Shown one piece after another: positions 26,006 through 38,654 of a stretch of 64,000 nucleotides of DNA (positions within the stretch are counted from its first letter, which is position 1; each line of letters begins with the position of its first letter). The position numbers and the translations under genes are program-made. Origin of the DNA: Lytechinus pictus. Taxonomy: Eukaryota. The notes below the pieces were generated by a model. It saw nothing but the letters and a program-made list of their open reading frames with translations, was not told the origin of the DNA and did not search any database. The DNA lies in NCBI RefSeq assembly GCF_037042905.1, contig NC_087251.1, forward strand, positions 31,002,001-31,066,000, in the 5' to 3' direction.

Positions 26006-26431
26006 AGGGGAAGTTCACCTTGCTAAAAAGTTTAGTGAATAAATAGAAACGTAATTGAAAAAAAAAAAAATTATGAAATGTTTGAGGAAAATCCATCAAA
26101 GATTAAAAGTTCTGATGATGTCAATATTTTGGTTTGTGACGTCATACGCGACCAGCTACCCGTGTATTGTGGATTACAAAAATCAATAAAATGTGATTTT
26201 ATCAGTATATTAAGTGAAAATATTATCTTACATCCGCCTCCGAAAGAAGAAAATTTTTAGTCATCATGAACCATTTAAATTCTTCAAGTTTTATATTACA
26301 TACTATAATGGGAAAAGCAGCACGTATGTGTCGTCACAAATAAAAATCTCCTCACCGTCATATCATCACCGATACCTTTTATTTTTTCTGATATTTTTAC
26401 AAGAAACTTTCAGTCAGGGTGAACCTTCCCT
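26006..26431. mobile_element. TTAA-site MITE (Kolobok-like) nested in the hAT element
   Basis: TTAA|AGGGGAAGTTCACC ... GGTGAACCTTCCCT|TTAA. Confidence 0.8.
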
Positions 26432-28301
26432 TTAAATTTGTTATCAATGACATTTCGTGGAATGTGGTCTAACAAACTAAATCTGTGGATACCGTTGCCG
26501 TCTGAAGGGAGATGTTTGTTAAATTTCTGAACAATTGCAAACTATCATGGGCACAAGGGATGCTTACATGTAGGCCTAGTTCATTTCAGACGTTCAAAGA
26601 ATATCAGTATTCCTATTGAACAAAGTGTGGCGTAGATATTTAAATACATATGATATTTTAAATTTCAAGGATATGAATAAATCTTGATTGGCTGTGAATA
26701 GTGATATCCCGATATTTTAATCTTTAGGATTGACTTTATAATCAAAATATTTTCTAATTCAAATCTTGTGGTTTTATAATCGACAAGAATTCAATCTATA
26801 TCAAATATTCGACTGTCACTATATATTCACATCCGAACTGGATTAATTTCAAATCTTCGGAATTTAGAGAGTATATATATAGGCCTACGATAACAAACAA
26901 TTTTTATTCCAAGAGTTAAAATGCAGCAAGAACTGCACATCACTATAGTATGTACCCCCCCCTTTATTATAATTTAACGATAATATAATGAAATAATAAT
27001 TTTCTGAAAGAGCACAGGTGTTTGTGGTGGTTTTCTTTAATGATAATAAGAATATAGTATTGGTGAAGATGATAGTAATGGGTATGTTTAGAAATCTGGA
27101 ATAATTTCTTGTCAGAAGGGGACCAACACCACTGAGCAAATGTCGGAAGCGCACTTCCCCCACGCTACCCCCAGGCGTTTAATCGGGGCTACAAAGGCGT
27201 AATGTATACCCCTTCACCCTTGATTGAAAAACAAAATGCTCTCGTTATGTAACTCAGATCTGGAAGCTGTAATCAATCCTCTCTCTTTCGGCATGCTAAA
27301 AGGCATACACGATAGGGCGGAAAGAGAGAAGATAGAGATAGAACCAGGAGGAGGAGGTGTTGGGTGACAGAGTAACAAAACGGTCACACACCCAAGTTCA
27401 CTCTTATGCTATATTCGCACACCTTTTTCCCATAATCACTCAAAACGTATTCGCGCAAGAATGTTTCCCATATGATTTCATATCATCCCTCTTCATAATT
27501 ATACTCTAGAGGTCTGCTTGGAGGCAAATGATCGCTGTTTTATTTTTATATCACCACAACAGGTAAAAAAATGAGGGATTTTGCGGTAATATGAATTAAT
27601 AAAGTCGATCTTTTTTTGTGCTTTTTTTTTCTTCAATTCCTGCCTGTTTATTTCAAAATTACCATGAATTGATAAAACAGGGCAAGATCGTGTTAAATTG
27701 CAAAAAAAATGAAAAGTCGCAAGATTGGGAAACAGAGTATTGGCGCAGTTTTTTTTTTCAAAGCACCCTTTGCCCCCCCCCCCCCCCCAGAAAAAGGGAG
27801 ACAGTTATAACACAAGCGAAAATAAAAGGCAAGAGAAAGTAAAAGATCGAAATTAACATTGGAGTTTTCACGCTTTGCGAGGAGATTGGTTGCTCCTGTT
27901 CCCAACTTTGCTAACAGATCATGTGTGTGAGAATGTGGGATGATAGAAAAAATCAGGGGGAAAAAACTCTTCATTCTGACATGCGGGAGCCTCAGCTGGA
28001 GCTAGCTCGTAAATTTTGGCGAAGTCCTGTCCTCCTTGCTTGGAATTGACCAATGAGAATCGTTCCCTCTGATTTCCATTCACGGTACTCGATGCTGATT
28101 GGATTTATCATCTGACAAGATCTCCTTCATTATCACGAGCGTTGTTTACAAAACCACTGGAGCGTAATGCGCGCCAGTCGATTAGGGGGATTATCTCAAC
28201 TTCTCAAGTGGATGTTTCCAAAATATTAAACAAGTCTGGTCCCTGGGGTTAAAGTTGTCAATGAAGGAGATGTGGGCAGGAAAGGGTTTTCATATGTGTT
28301 A

Positions 28302-28555
28302 GGGACGCACCATCAGATATCCAGGGGAGGGGGCTCGAAGTTTGAAAAAAAAAACTTGACTTGCTAATTGAGCAACGACAAAAAATTGACTCAACACGAG
28401 AGTAAAAAAAAACTTGGTCCACTGACAAATCATCTCAAAGGTGAAAAAAAATCTGTTCTCAATGAAGTATGGAAAAAAAATGCTCAAAGAAAGGAAAAAA
28501 ATTACATGAACGCAAACTTCCAACTCCCCCCCCCTGGTATCTAATGGTACGTCCC
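28302..28555. mobile_element. Harbinger-like MITE nested in the hAT element
   Basis: TTA|GGGACGCACCATCAGATATCCAGGGG ... CCCCTGGTATCTAATGGTACGTCCC|TTA. Confidence 0.75.
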
Positions 28556-31008
28556 TTACGGAAGATGATTATTCAGGGAGATGTGTACCAGCCATGATCC
28601 TTCTAGTTTTCTTTCCTATCTTTTACTTTTATATTTGTCATCACCATGATTGTCACCAACATAATGTTCATACCTACAGCAGTATTGTGTAACTCGAAAA
28701 CTAATACTCGGTTTATGTATTAGTTGGGGGAAAAAAATCCCCTACTTGACCTATGAGACTAAAAATTGCAATGAATAAGCTAATTTTGCTATGTCGACTA
28801 ATAGTAGCCCAGTTCAATCAAAATAATAACAGATCAACATTGATACTCTATTAAAAAGCATATAATTTTTTTATTTAGTTTCTTATAAGACGCACAAAAC
28901 TAATTCAGTTCCAGCATATTTTGTTCTACGCACATCACTATCCTGTCCCCGAACCCCCTATTGCTACGATCTGGCGTTATTTTAAAGTAACATAAACCAT
29001 TGCTCTCATTCCTTTCAGCCCCCCCCCCCCCCCGTTCTCTCTCCCCCTCGTACGGTACCGGTAGTCAGTCTCTCTCCCGATCTCTCTCTCTCGAGCTCAT
29101 ACAATCGTTTGAATTCCCAGGTCATCATATCAGGACGGCCAGCATGGAGCTCCACCAAGCACCTAGTAGTACCTCGATGTGATGCTGCACGCGAACACGT
29201 GGTCTTTTTTCTTTTAGTGTTGTTTCCTCCGATCCTTCAGCGCTAGCGCTGCATTCATATCACATTATCACACCCATGGCATGCACAACCAACGACTTCA
29301 ATTAATATATGCACTGGATTTAATCAGTATCACAAACAAGTTGGATTTATACCAGGATTTATAATGGGAATAATAAGATTCATAAGTATAAAGGTACATT
29401 TTTTGTGTGATCGTGATTTAAGTTGGAAACTTCGAAATCTATTCTGTTACATGTTCAAATTTGAATTGGTGATCATGACAATGATGCGATCTAATTCTTA
29501 AAGCCATGCAATTCTACACCAAGTCTGTCTTAATTTATGATTAATTTTTTTTATTTAGATCTTTTAATTTTTTTTTTGTTCTGTGTACAAACATTGTGCA
29601 TTGTATCTGATCTACAGGTGTGTAAACCAGTGAAAAAATAATTTACTATAAGGACAGTAAAGTTATTCAATTCAAAATGACATGAACCACCCCCCCCCCC
29701 AAAAAAAAGTAACGTTAAATGCAAATGAGGAATGAGAAAGAATAGGGCATGATTTTCAAAAGCTGCAAAGCGAGAGATGGAAAAGATGGCTCGAGGAATG
29801 GGTGGTAAAACAGATGAAAAAATGTAGTCAAGATAGGAAAATAAAAATTAGAATCAATGGAGGAGTTGGTTTACACCCCTCTTCACTTTCTTGCACAGCC
29901 TTCATAACCGCTCACCTTACTGCGGGAAAGAAGAAATTTAAACATGCTTTTCATATTCTTAAACTGATTAAAAAATATACACATGCTTTCAAATTCAAAA
30001 CACATCAAGTTTCCTTTATTTTTCGAAATATAACAGAAAGTGAAATAACAATTGAGAACGTGAAACAAAACAGTGAACATGATGGGCTCAGACTTTGGAG
30101 GTCGCGATAACATTCTTGTGCACGGTGGTGGAAGTAATTTACGAGCGCAGCCTGCCAAATGGCGCTAGCTGGGCAGAAAAAAGTGAACTGTAAATCTTTT
30201 TCTTTAAGAGGAATGTGGAATGATTGTGGGGCACGCGACTCCAATTAATCCGCGGTTTTCTGCATGGCAACAGGTATTTTTTTATCTTTATTTGTGGTAA
30301 CCCCGGAGCAATGATGACCTCAGTTAAGGACATCTAAGGACATCAAAACATCCATTTCACTGTTGCAGTCATATCGGCTTGCTGCACGGCAGCGCAGCCG
30401 ACCAAGAGCTAACACAGCGAGCGCACAGCAGCTACGGCCGGCTAGCGCAGCCAACTTTGGTCCGGCGCGGTGCGGGGAATTTCGCAACCGATCATAACGA
30501 TACATTTGCTATGATCGGTGATCGGCATGAAACGATCGATCAGCATTGATTAGATCGAGATCGGCCGCCGATCCGAGAATCGGTTACAGGGGTAGTTCTA
30601 CCTCGATTTGTACAGGGACTCAATGGACATATGTTTATGTATTAAGTTCGGATAAACCAGGAGGTGGGAGTTGCGCGACAGCCGAAGTAAGTCACTGTTT
30701 TTTCCCCTTTTAAGTTTATTTTTCCCTGTTTTGGTGCGTTTCAGGCCAAAACGGAATAATAATCTTTATTTTGGACAAGTTCTTTTTATAATTTTTATGA
30801 AATAAAGACAATTGATGAGCCTTGACGGGGGGATGTTGCATTGTAAACCCCCTAATGGTGGCTGCACGATAGCGAGCCGTCTGAGGAGAAATTAAAAAAA
30901 TAATAAATAATGTTAAAAAAACTTCTCGAAACAGACGGCTGCCAGGCCAGCTGTAGGCCGTAGGCCTACTCTAGAATGAAAATAGCTGACAAGTGACAGG
31001 AAGATTGA

Positions 31009-31534
31009 TAACCCAGAGAGCTCCCGCCCGCGCAGCGGGCGGGAGCCCAGAAGCTTACCGTGTATTTTACCATTGTCACCGGACTAGGGTGATTTATGGT
31101 CTAAATATTTCTCCAAATGAATTGTGAAAACAGAAAGTATACAATTACCACGATTATATGGATGAAGGTCTAACGAGTGGCAGATTCCTGACATCTGGGC
31201 ACAGTCTGGAACCTCAAAAAAACGAAAAGTTCTCTCCTTCTACCCCGTCTCGATCGGCCATTTTTGTTAAAAATCGTAACAAAATGGCCGATCGAGACTG
31301 GGTAGAAGGAGAGAACTTTTCGTTTTTTTGAGGTTCCAGACTGTGCCCAGATGTCAGGAATCTGCCACTCGTTAGACCTTCATCCATATAATCGTGGTAA
31401 TTGTATACTTTCCGTTTTCACAATTCATTTGGAGAAATATTTAGACCATAAATCACCCTAGTCCGGTGACAATGGTAAAATACACGGTAAGCTTCTGGGC
31501 TCCCGCCCGCAGCGGGCGGGAGCTCTCTGGGTTA
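31009..31534. mobile_element. Near-perfect foldback element with 9-bp TSD
   Basis: ~260-bp arms that are almost exact reverse complements, with a tiny loop. TA...TA termini. TSD GAAGATTGA at 31000-31008 and 31535-31543. Confidence 0.92.
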
Positions 31535-31770
31535 GAAGATTGATAGACCTGGAACTAAGCTTGACTGCTGATTCTTCCAGTATTTGTGGCAAGGTATTAA
31601 AAGTAAGTAAATGTTGATGATAGGCATACACTCGGCCTCAATTTGAATATTCATTCACACAGGATGCCATCTTCATCACTAGCGCGTGCGAGTTTTTATG
31701 CACATACGTCCTATTGAGATATCACAATACTATGATGCTGTACTCGAATTGCACATGAAATATATCCCAG

Positions 31771-32795
31771 GGGCCCGTTTCTCAACACCGTCATAAGTCT
31801 AACTTCTTGACTAAATCAGAGATAGTGAGCTACTTGTCCGCTATCCGTTTCACGAAGCCCTCTTTACCAAGATCGGGTACAACGACCTCACTAAATATTT
31901 ATGACACCTCCGAACCTGTCATAACTTCTTTCTTAATGACGTAGTGGTATCACGTGGGTAGACTATGACATGCAAAAGTGCCTAGAAATTTTAAAATTAC
32001 AATCTTACGTAATCAATCATAGAGGTTGAAATTACATCACAAAACAAGTGGGTTAATGCATTCAATGATAATTGTAATACAAAGAAACTATAAAAACTGT
32101 TGGTAAAACGCCACAAAACGATTCATTTTGAAATAGTAAAATGATTTAATCGATAAAGATTCTACACGTCAGGCCATCCATAACTGAACTCGTATTTGTT
32201 GTTTTCAGACCCCTATACATTTGGATAAATTCTATCTCTAATTTATGCATATAATTTGTCAAATATCGTATGTTTCGGTATAAATGATTGAAAATGTTTC
32301 GTTAAACTATATTTTGATGACGTTTGGAATCGTAAAAGACCGTATAATTATCATCATTTTAAAAAGAAAACCGTTATGGTTTACTTTCGTAAACTATCAA
32401 AATTGGATATCCCGGGGGTACCCATCTCAACGTCCACAAGTGATTTTTTAGTCATGAAATGAATTATTCATAATTTAATTTTCTGTGCAATTGAATGCTC
32501 CAGTCTTCATGGTCTAAGTATGTATGATGCATAATTCACCTGTGCTATTATTTTAAAAAGATTTATTTCCCAATTCATCACAATATTTGCAATTTTGTCA
32601 TAATTTTTCTTTTTGAAAATTATGCTATATTGTGACTAAGGCTACGTCTCGTCTGCTCTTTTTACCGATAGTATCGATATCAATGTATTCTAGTTAGGAA
32701 GCCTTTCGAGAAACAGGTTTAGTAAGATTGGAACTAACTCCGTGGTTGGTGGATAAAGATATGACTAACTTGTCCATGTGTTGAGAAACGGGCCC
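31771..32795. mobile_element. Harbinger-like non-autonomous element, ~1 kb
   Basis: CAG|GGGCCCGTTTCTCAACAC ... GTGTTGAGAAACGGGCCC|CAG. Confidence 0.85.
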
Positions 32796-32804
32796 CAGAT
32801 TATT

Positions 32805-33196
32805 ACATTTTATAAAATAGCTGTATTATTTCAAGCATCGCGATTGGTCAATACGCGTCACATGACATCCAACTTTTTTTGTGCACTGCACGGTAGTGCA
32901 AAAGGTGTGCAACGAAAATTGACATTGCACGCTCGAGCAAACCAGTGCGGTTAAGTCCAACAAATCTGTACTGTAACTTTTTAAAAAATTGTTTCTGTGT
33001 TGCTATTTTATAAAACAAATAATGCACTTGCTCTGTCGTGCGTAAAAGTAAATGCAGAGAAAGCTCGGTTTCTTCAGATGGAGCACATGGGCACTCGCCG
33101 CAAGCGGCTCGTGCACAGTGCGACTCCTATCTAAAGAAACCTCGCGTGCTCTGCATTTCCACTAACGCACTCGGCTGCATGCATTATTTGTATACA
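32805..33196. repeat. Hairpin-type non-autonomous element
   Basis: IR ttttataaaatagc / gctatttttataaaa, then a hairpin acaaataatgca...tgcattatttgt centred on gccgcaagcggc. Confidence 0.6.
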
Positions 33197-33846
33197 ATGT
33201 GTTCGTTCGCTACAGTAAATGTTGGTCACGTCAGCTCAGCAAACAATTAGGCCCTAATCAATTTACAAACATTCTCAGACTAAACAGGTGATCAGTATAT
33301 TTAAGATAGATCTAAATTTTACTTTATATAAAAGCCCCGTCCCCGATCTTATTTAAAAATGAAACTTAGATCTAGGGCCTACTAAAAACTCACCAGCGGC
33401 ACCGCAGCAGTTCAATTATTGCCGCGCCAGAAATCCGAAATCACAATCTCGGACGAACGGCCGGAGAGGGCTCCCTTTACGCAGTAAGATTTTGCGAAGC
33501 TAGCTGAGATTGGTCATGTTGGCGAGGGAAAACCGACGGATAAACAGTTCTCTGAGGACGTTTTGACGACCAAGTAGGGTATGTTTTTAACTGCAGCTAT
33601 ATTCAAATAAGTATTTACTATTTTAAGATTGTCCTCGAATTATAATGAAGGCACGATGTGCATTAATCCTATTATTTTTCTCGTTCAGACTTCGAGTTCG
33701 ACCTCCCACTTCCAGCTCTCTTCTGCACTGTGCAACGCATCGGCGCCGTCGGCCGGGCTCGATCTCTATCGCAAGGCCCACGGCACGGCGACCGGCGCGG
33801 CACGGGCTTGGCCCTCTGGCTGGAGTCCCAACTAGCCTGGAGGCTT

Positions 33847-34199
33847 CAGGGGCCGATTGCACGAAAGGGTCTTTGCAAGGACCGTCTTTCGTGTCGCCCA
33901 TTTTTTATGATGCGCCATGTGAAACGCATTTCAAATAAATTATCTGCAAACATATTTTATTTGTCTGTTAAAATAAACAAAATATTTATTTATAAAATGA
34001 TGTAGGGGGGGGGGGGCCTATACTATAGTAGCTCATGAAATTGTATAAAATTTTATTTAAAACTATAAAAGCAAGCTTACGAATTTTATTTGTTTATCAT
34101 AAATTTCAGGAACACCCCGCTTATACTATAGCGCATCATAAAAGATGGGCGACACGAAAGACGGTCCTTTGAAAGACCCTTTCGTGCAATCGGCCCCTG
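33847..34199. mobile_element. MITE with ~70-bp TIRs
   Basis: CAGGGGCCGATTGCACGAAAGGGTCTTT...ATGATGCGC mirrored at 34131-34199. Confidence 0.85.
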
Positions 34200-35897
34200 G
34201 AGAGTAAAAAAGTATCTACTGTACTGTAGTGTAGGTCACTCTAAGCACCAAGGCTTATTAATTCCTGTGTTAAAAAAGTGAGTGCACGCGAATTAAATGT
34301 TGGACCTAAATTACTAGATCTTACCATGGAGCTCCATGACAAAATCTGTTCTTAAATTAGACTCTAGATATTACTAAATTGAAAAAATGTATAAATAGTA
34401 CTCGCCTGGTCTTTTCTTGGGGTATTGAAGCCTTTTTGTCCAGAACTTGCTCAACTTTTGCGGCAAATTTTGTCGCCATAGGGTTGTGCACATTCTCGTT
34501 TAATACTGGTTGTCACGTGACACAGCAATGTCGTTAGGCTGTTTGGCCTGTATTCAAGGCGTTCTATCCGTTATGATTTTATATTGAATGAAGCTAATTC
34601 CATCAGGTATAGGCCCCTATCAAGTCAAAATCGATACAGGGATCGAGAGGGGGGGGGTGGAGCCAAAAATTTCCCAGTCACATGGTATGAAAATGATATT
34701 TTTTATGATTGTCCACGATCATTAGGGCAAACCCGTGTGTGGCAGTACGGTAGCGTGATGAGTAAAAAAAAAAATAAATAAAAGAAAGAAAGAGGGCCAA
34801 TGTAGGCATACATGGCGTCTGGGAATAAAGTTGCTTTATATGTTCCAAGCGAGTGAAGCAAGCGAGAAAAAAACTTTTCATGCAAATCTAAATTTGAGAT
34901 AGATATCTTAACTTACACTTTTCCTTTTCTTTTCATTAATTCCCTTCATTTCTTTTTTATCTTGGTTGTAGAACTTTCGGGGGCCCCTAGGCCTAACCCT
35001 TCCATCGTGTACCCCCAGTGCAATATCAGCAGGTGGGTCTCGATAACTCTGGATATTTAGCAATTAGACCTATTTATAGAAAAACATAACGTTAATGTTT
35101 TGACCCCTTCCCCCCAAAAAAAGGAAAAACAATTATAAACTAAGTTATATACATCCCCCTTTTCTCATTTCGCTTTTTATTTTCTCTATTCCCTCCTTAT
35201 TTTTTTTTGGGGGGAGGGACCTTTTCGGGGGGCATCGCCCCTAGCTACGCGCCTACCAGATGAAGAGGCGAGCGAGCAAAACCTTTGTCACTTTTATTAC
35301 AAATATCAATTTTGCAATAGATTTTGACATAACATTCGGAATTATTCTCGCATGCATTTTTCTTTCCTTTTGCTTTTTTATGGCCTTTTATTTCTCTTCC
35401 CTTTCTCTTTCTGTCTTTCTTTCTTTCTTTCTTTCGTTTCCTTCCTTCATTCCTTTTCTCTTATCCCGTTTTTTTGTTGGTGAAATCCACTGGACCGGGG
35501 ATCAAGGGCCAGCCTGCATGCCCCCGGCGGTTTACGCCTCTGCCGTGGATGTAAGCTATATATACGCATGATCTTAATCTTCATTATAGAGGCGCATCCA
35601 AGATTTTCCAAATTAAGTAGGGGGGGGGGGCAGGGTGAATTTTCTCAAGTAAAATTTGACAACTCCCAAAAAAGGTTCTTACTAAAAAAAAAAAAACCGG
35701 TCATTATATTGTCTCGCGTAAAGTTTGACAAGTTAAAAAAAAATGGTCACTCAAAATGAAAGTCATTTTGTCCGCGTAATATTCGGCAAGCCCCCCCCCC
35801 CCCACAAAAATAAGAAAAGGGAAAGTCATTTTGTCCACGTGATATTTGGCAACCCCCCCCCCCCCAAAAAAAAAAAAAAAAAAAAAAAAGGTTTTAA

Positions 35898-36480
35898 AGG
35901 AGAATGAAACCCTTGAAACCAGCTGAATCCATATCAAAGAGAAAAATCAAAGAAACATATTGTTGAAAGTTTGAGGAAGATTGAATGAATAATAAGAAAG
36001 TTATGAGCATTCGAATATTGAGATCACTAGTGCCATGTAGATCCTCCCAACGGCAATGCGACCAAGATCTGTGATATCACACACGTACAACTCCCTCATT
36101 ACTTTAGTACTTATTTCACTTATATTCTCACTTTTATAGAGTCTATCACAAGGTGAGGTGTTCTCTTTATGAGATGACAAGTACAGAGGTTTCACAACAT
36201 TATATCATTGATGAATCGTTTGTCATATGATTAGAATGAGCAAAAAGAGATGTTTTGGGGTATATTTTCAGTGTCCAAATGGGAGAGTTGTACGTGTGTG
36301 ACATCACAGATCTTGGTCGCATTGCCAATGGGAGGATCTCCATAGCATTAGTGATCTCGACATTCAAATGCTCATAACTCTTTTATTGCTAGTCCTATTT
36401 TACTCAAAGTTTTGTTGATCTTATTCTTTGATTTTTCTGCTTTCACAAAAGCTAACTTGCTCCAAGAGTTTCATTCTCCT
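35898..36480. mobile_element. TTAA-site MITE (Kolobok-like) with long imperfect TIRs
   Basis: TTAA|AGGAGAATGAAAC ... GTTTCATTCTCCT|TTAA. Internal arms 36001-36093 and 36285-36378 pair. It interrupts a ~60-bp tandem array (gtcattttgtc...ggcaagcccc). Confidence 0.85.
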
Positions 36481-38654
36481 TTAACTATAGCAATGATCGA
36501 AGGTCATTTTGTCTCGCGTAAAATTTGACAATTTTTTTATAAAGTTGTCACTAAAAAGAAGGTCATTTTTTCCACCATTGATTATATTTGGCAAGCCCCC
36601 AACCCCCACCCCCATAAAAAAAGTTTGTCCCTAAAAGTGATGTATAGAAAGTCATATTGTTAATTTGTTCCCAGTAAAATTTTGAATTTGGCAATTAAAA
36701 AAAAAGGCAAAAAAGAGAAAAGAATATGAACGAAATATCCCCATTACAAATAATGCTGTACGTGATTCTCATGAGGGGGGGGGGGCACATAACTAGTATT
36801 AATAACATATTTAATTCCAAAATGTTTACTATAAATCTCAAAAGGGGGAACGGGCAGAAATGCTCACCCCAACCCCCCCCTCCCCCCCCCCCCCCCCCCC
36901 CGCCACTGATTCCAATCAATAATGACTTTTCTCTGCAATACTGATGCTTTGAAATCAAGATACTGAAGATTGATACGCTTAACATAAATTATGAACGTCT
37001 GACAAAAAGATAACCAACCGATCACCTGACCGATCAGCTGACCAGTACGCGTATCACTTCGGAGTTGATCACTCGTCGCAGCTGTGTGGAACGCTCACCG
37101 AAAATCAACAAAAAGGGCCTGAAATGTAAGTTTAACAATAATCGATTTTAATTTCAACTATTTTTACAACTAAATAAAGGTTTGCCGTCCGAATGAAAGG
37201 TATATCGGATAACTCTAACTTGTATTAAGGTGTACATTTACCAAAGTCTTGGGTTGGAAATCAGAACAGCATTGTCCAACCCATAATTTGGGTAATGTCG
37301 CCTATGAGGTCCATACATGTTAATGTTTGGACCTCATTGGTACTAGGAGTGGTGTAGGTAGGCTTACTCTCCATGTCATGAAGCCTGGTTCGGTTAGCCA
37401 TTGGTCTATACACACCGTAGGTTTTCCCACGGTGAAACTAGACCTAAATCACACGTTTTGCTTAGTTAGGATTTGAGGTAGCCCAAACTAAAGTACATGG
37501 GCCAAAACAATATTAACCCCCCAAATTTAATATGTTTGTATATTTTATTCAATAAATAGTAGGGCCTAGTAAATATGAAAAATAATTAAGAGCACGAGCG
37601 TTGACTTACCCAGTCTGTTTTCGTCGCCGTCTTGATGTCTTTGTTATCGATACCTAGATAGCACACGTGTGTATAGACAGGAATAACCGTCATTTCTGGC
37701 ATTTTACTAGTTTTACTATCATCCCCATTCACCGACGGTAGTGTGCTAGTGTGAGCCTGCATGTGTAATCATTTCTTCCAATTCGGGGGACCGGGTTTGT
37801 CTATATATATATTTTTTTAAATTCTAAATGACATTATAAATTTATATTATCTTGAACGAAGACCCACTTTTTTCGTTAGACTCTAATCTTTCTTTTGATA
37901 ATATAAACATTTATGATTTATTCCTTATTTTTTTAAATTTCTGCCGGAGAGGAAAAAATGGCAGCCGTGTGTTGCTGCCCTATATACGTTCAACGAGTTG
38001 TGCTTTTGTCAAGGCTTTCCGATTAAATTTTCGATATCCTGGCCAATCAATGCGAGCGACAAGTTCCGAGCGCACGCATATCAACAAGCGCAAAGCAGCG
38101 GCACAAATCGCGATATGTAGCGACTGGTAAATACGTCTGTAAGGATGGTGACGTCATCCAAGATGGCAACTTACGTTGACCAACGAAAGGATCGAAGATG
38201 ACTATGTTTTGATCATCATTTGAAAGGCATTGGCGGTAACTGCGGTCTAAGGTACAATATTTTTTAATTTTGTATATTTTTCGTAAATTTGATGTAATAA
38301 TTTTTTCATAATGTGACATTTTATGCACAAAAAAATGATCCGAAAATCAGGTTTCAGCCGAATGTTAGATCTAACATAACTGCTAATACGTTGTCTATAC
38401 GTACAGCCCTCCAAGCTCTTCAGTCTATGTATGTAAAAAATACTTGCATTGGCCGATAAATATCATGAATCGTAAAATACTTGCATCGGTCGATTAATAT
38501 CATAAAGCAATTTTCACAGAAATTCCATATAACTTCTGAATAAGTAGCAAAATAGATCATGTATGTGCCGAAAACTACATAGACGAAATGGTACCTCGCT
38601 CCACTGTATGTCGCATGGACATGCGCACACACGTAGTGTACTCATCTTGTGTGT

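Larger units (their letters stand above)
19846..30594 (-). mobile_element. Full-length hAT-superfamily DNA transposon, 10,749 bp
   Basis: TIRs TAACCCTGTAA and TACCCCTGTAA (10/11 match). Identical 8-bp TSD GTTCTACC at 19838-19845 and 30595-30602. GATCGG subterminal repeat clusters at both ends. Internal hAT transposase. Confidence 0.93.

Noticed and set aside
25743..26099. Possible cargo or second gene inside the hAT element
   Set aside because: Short overlapping ORFs in several frames with no recognisable domain or convincing splice structure. A translated homology search of 25.5-30.5 kb would be needed to exclude it fully.
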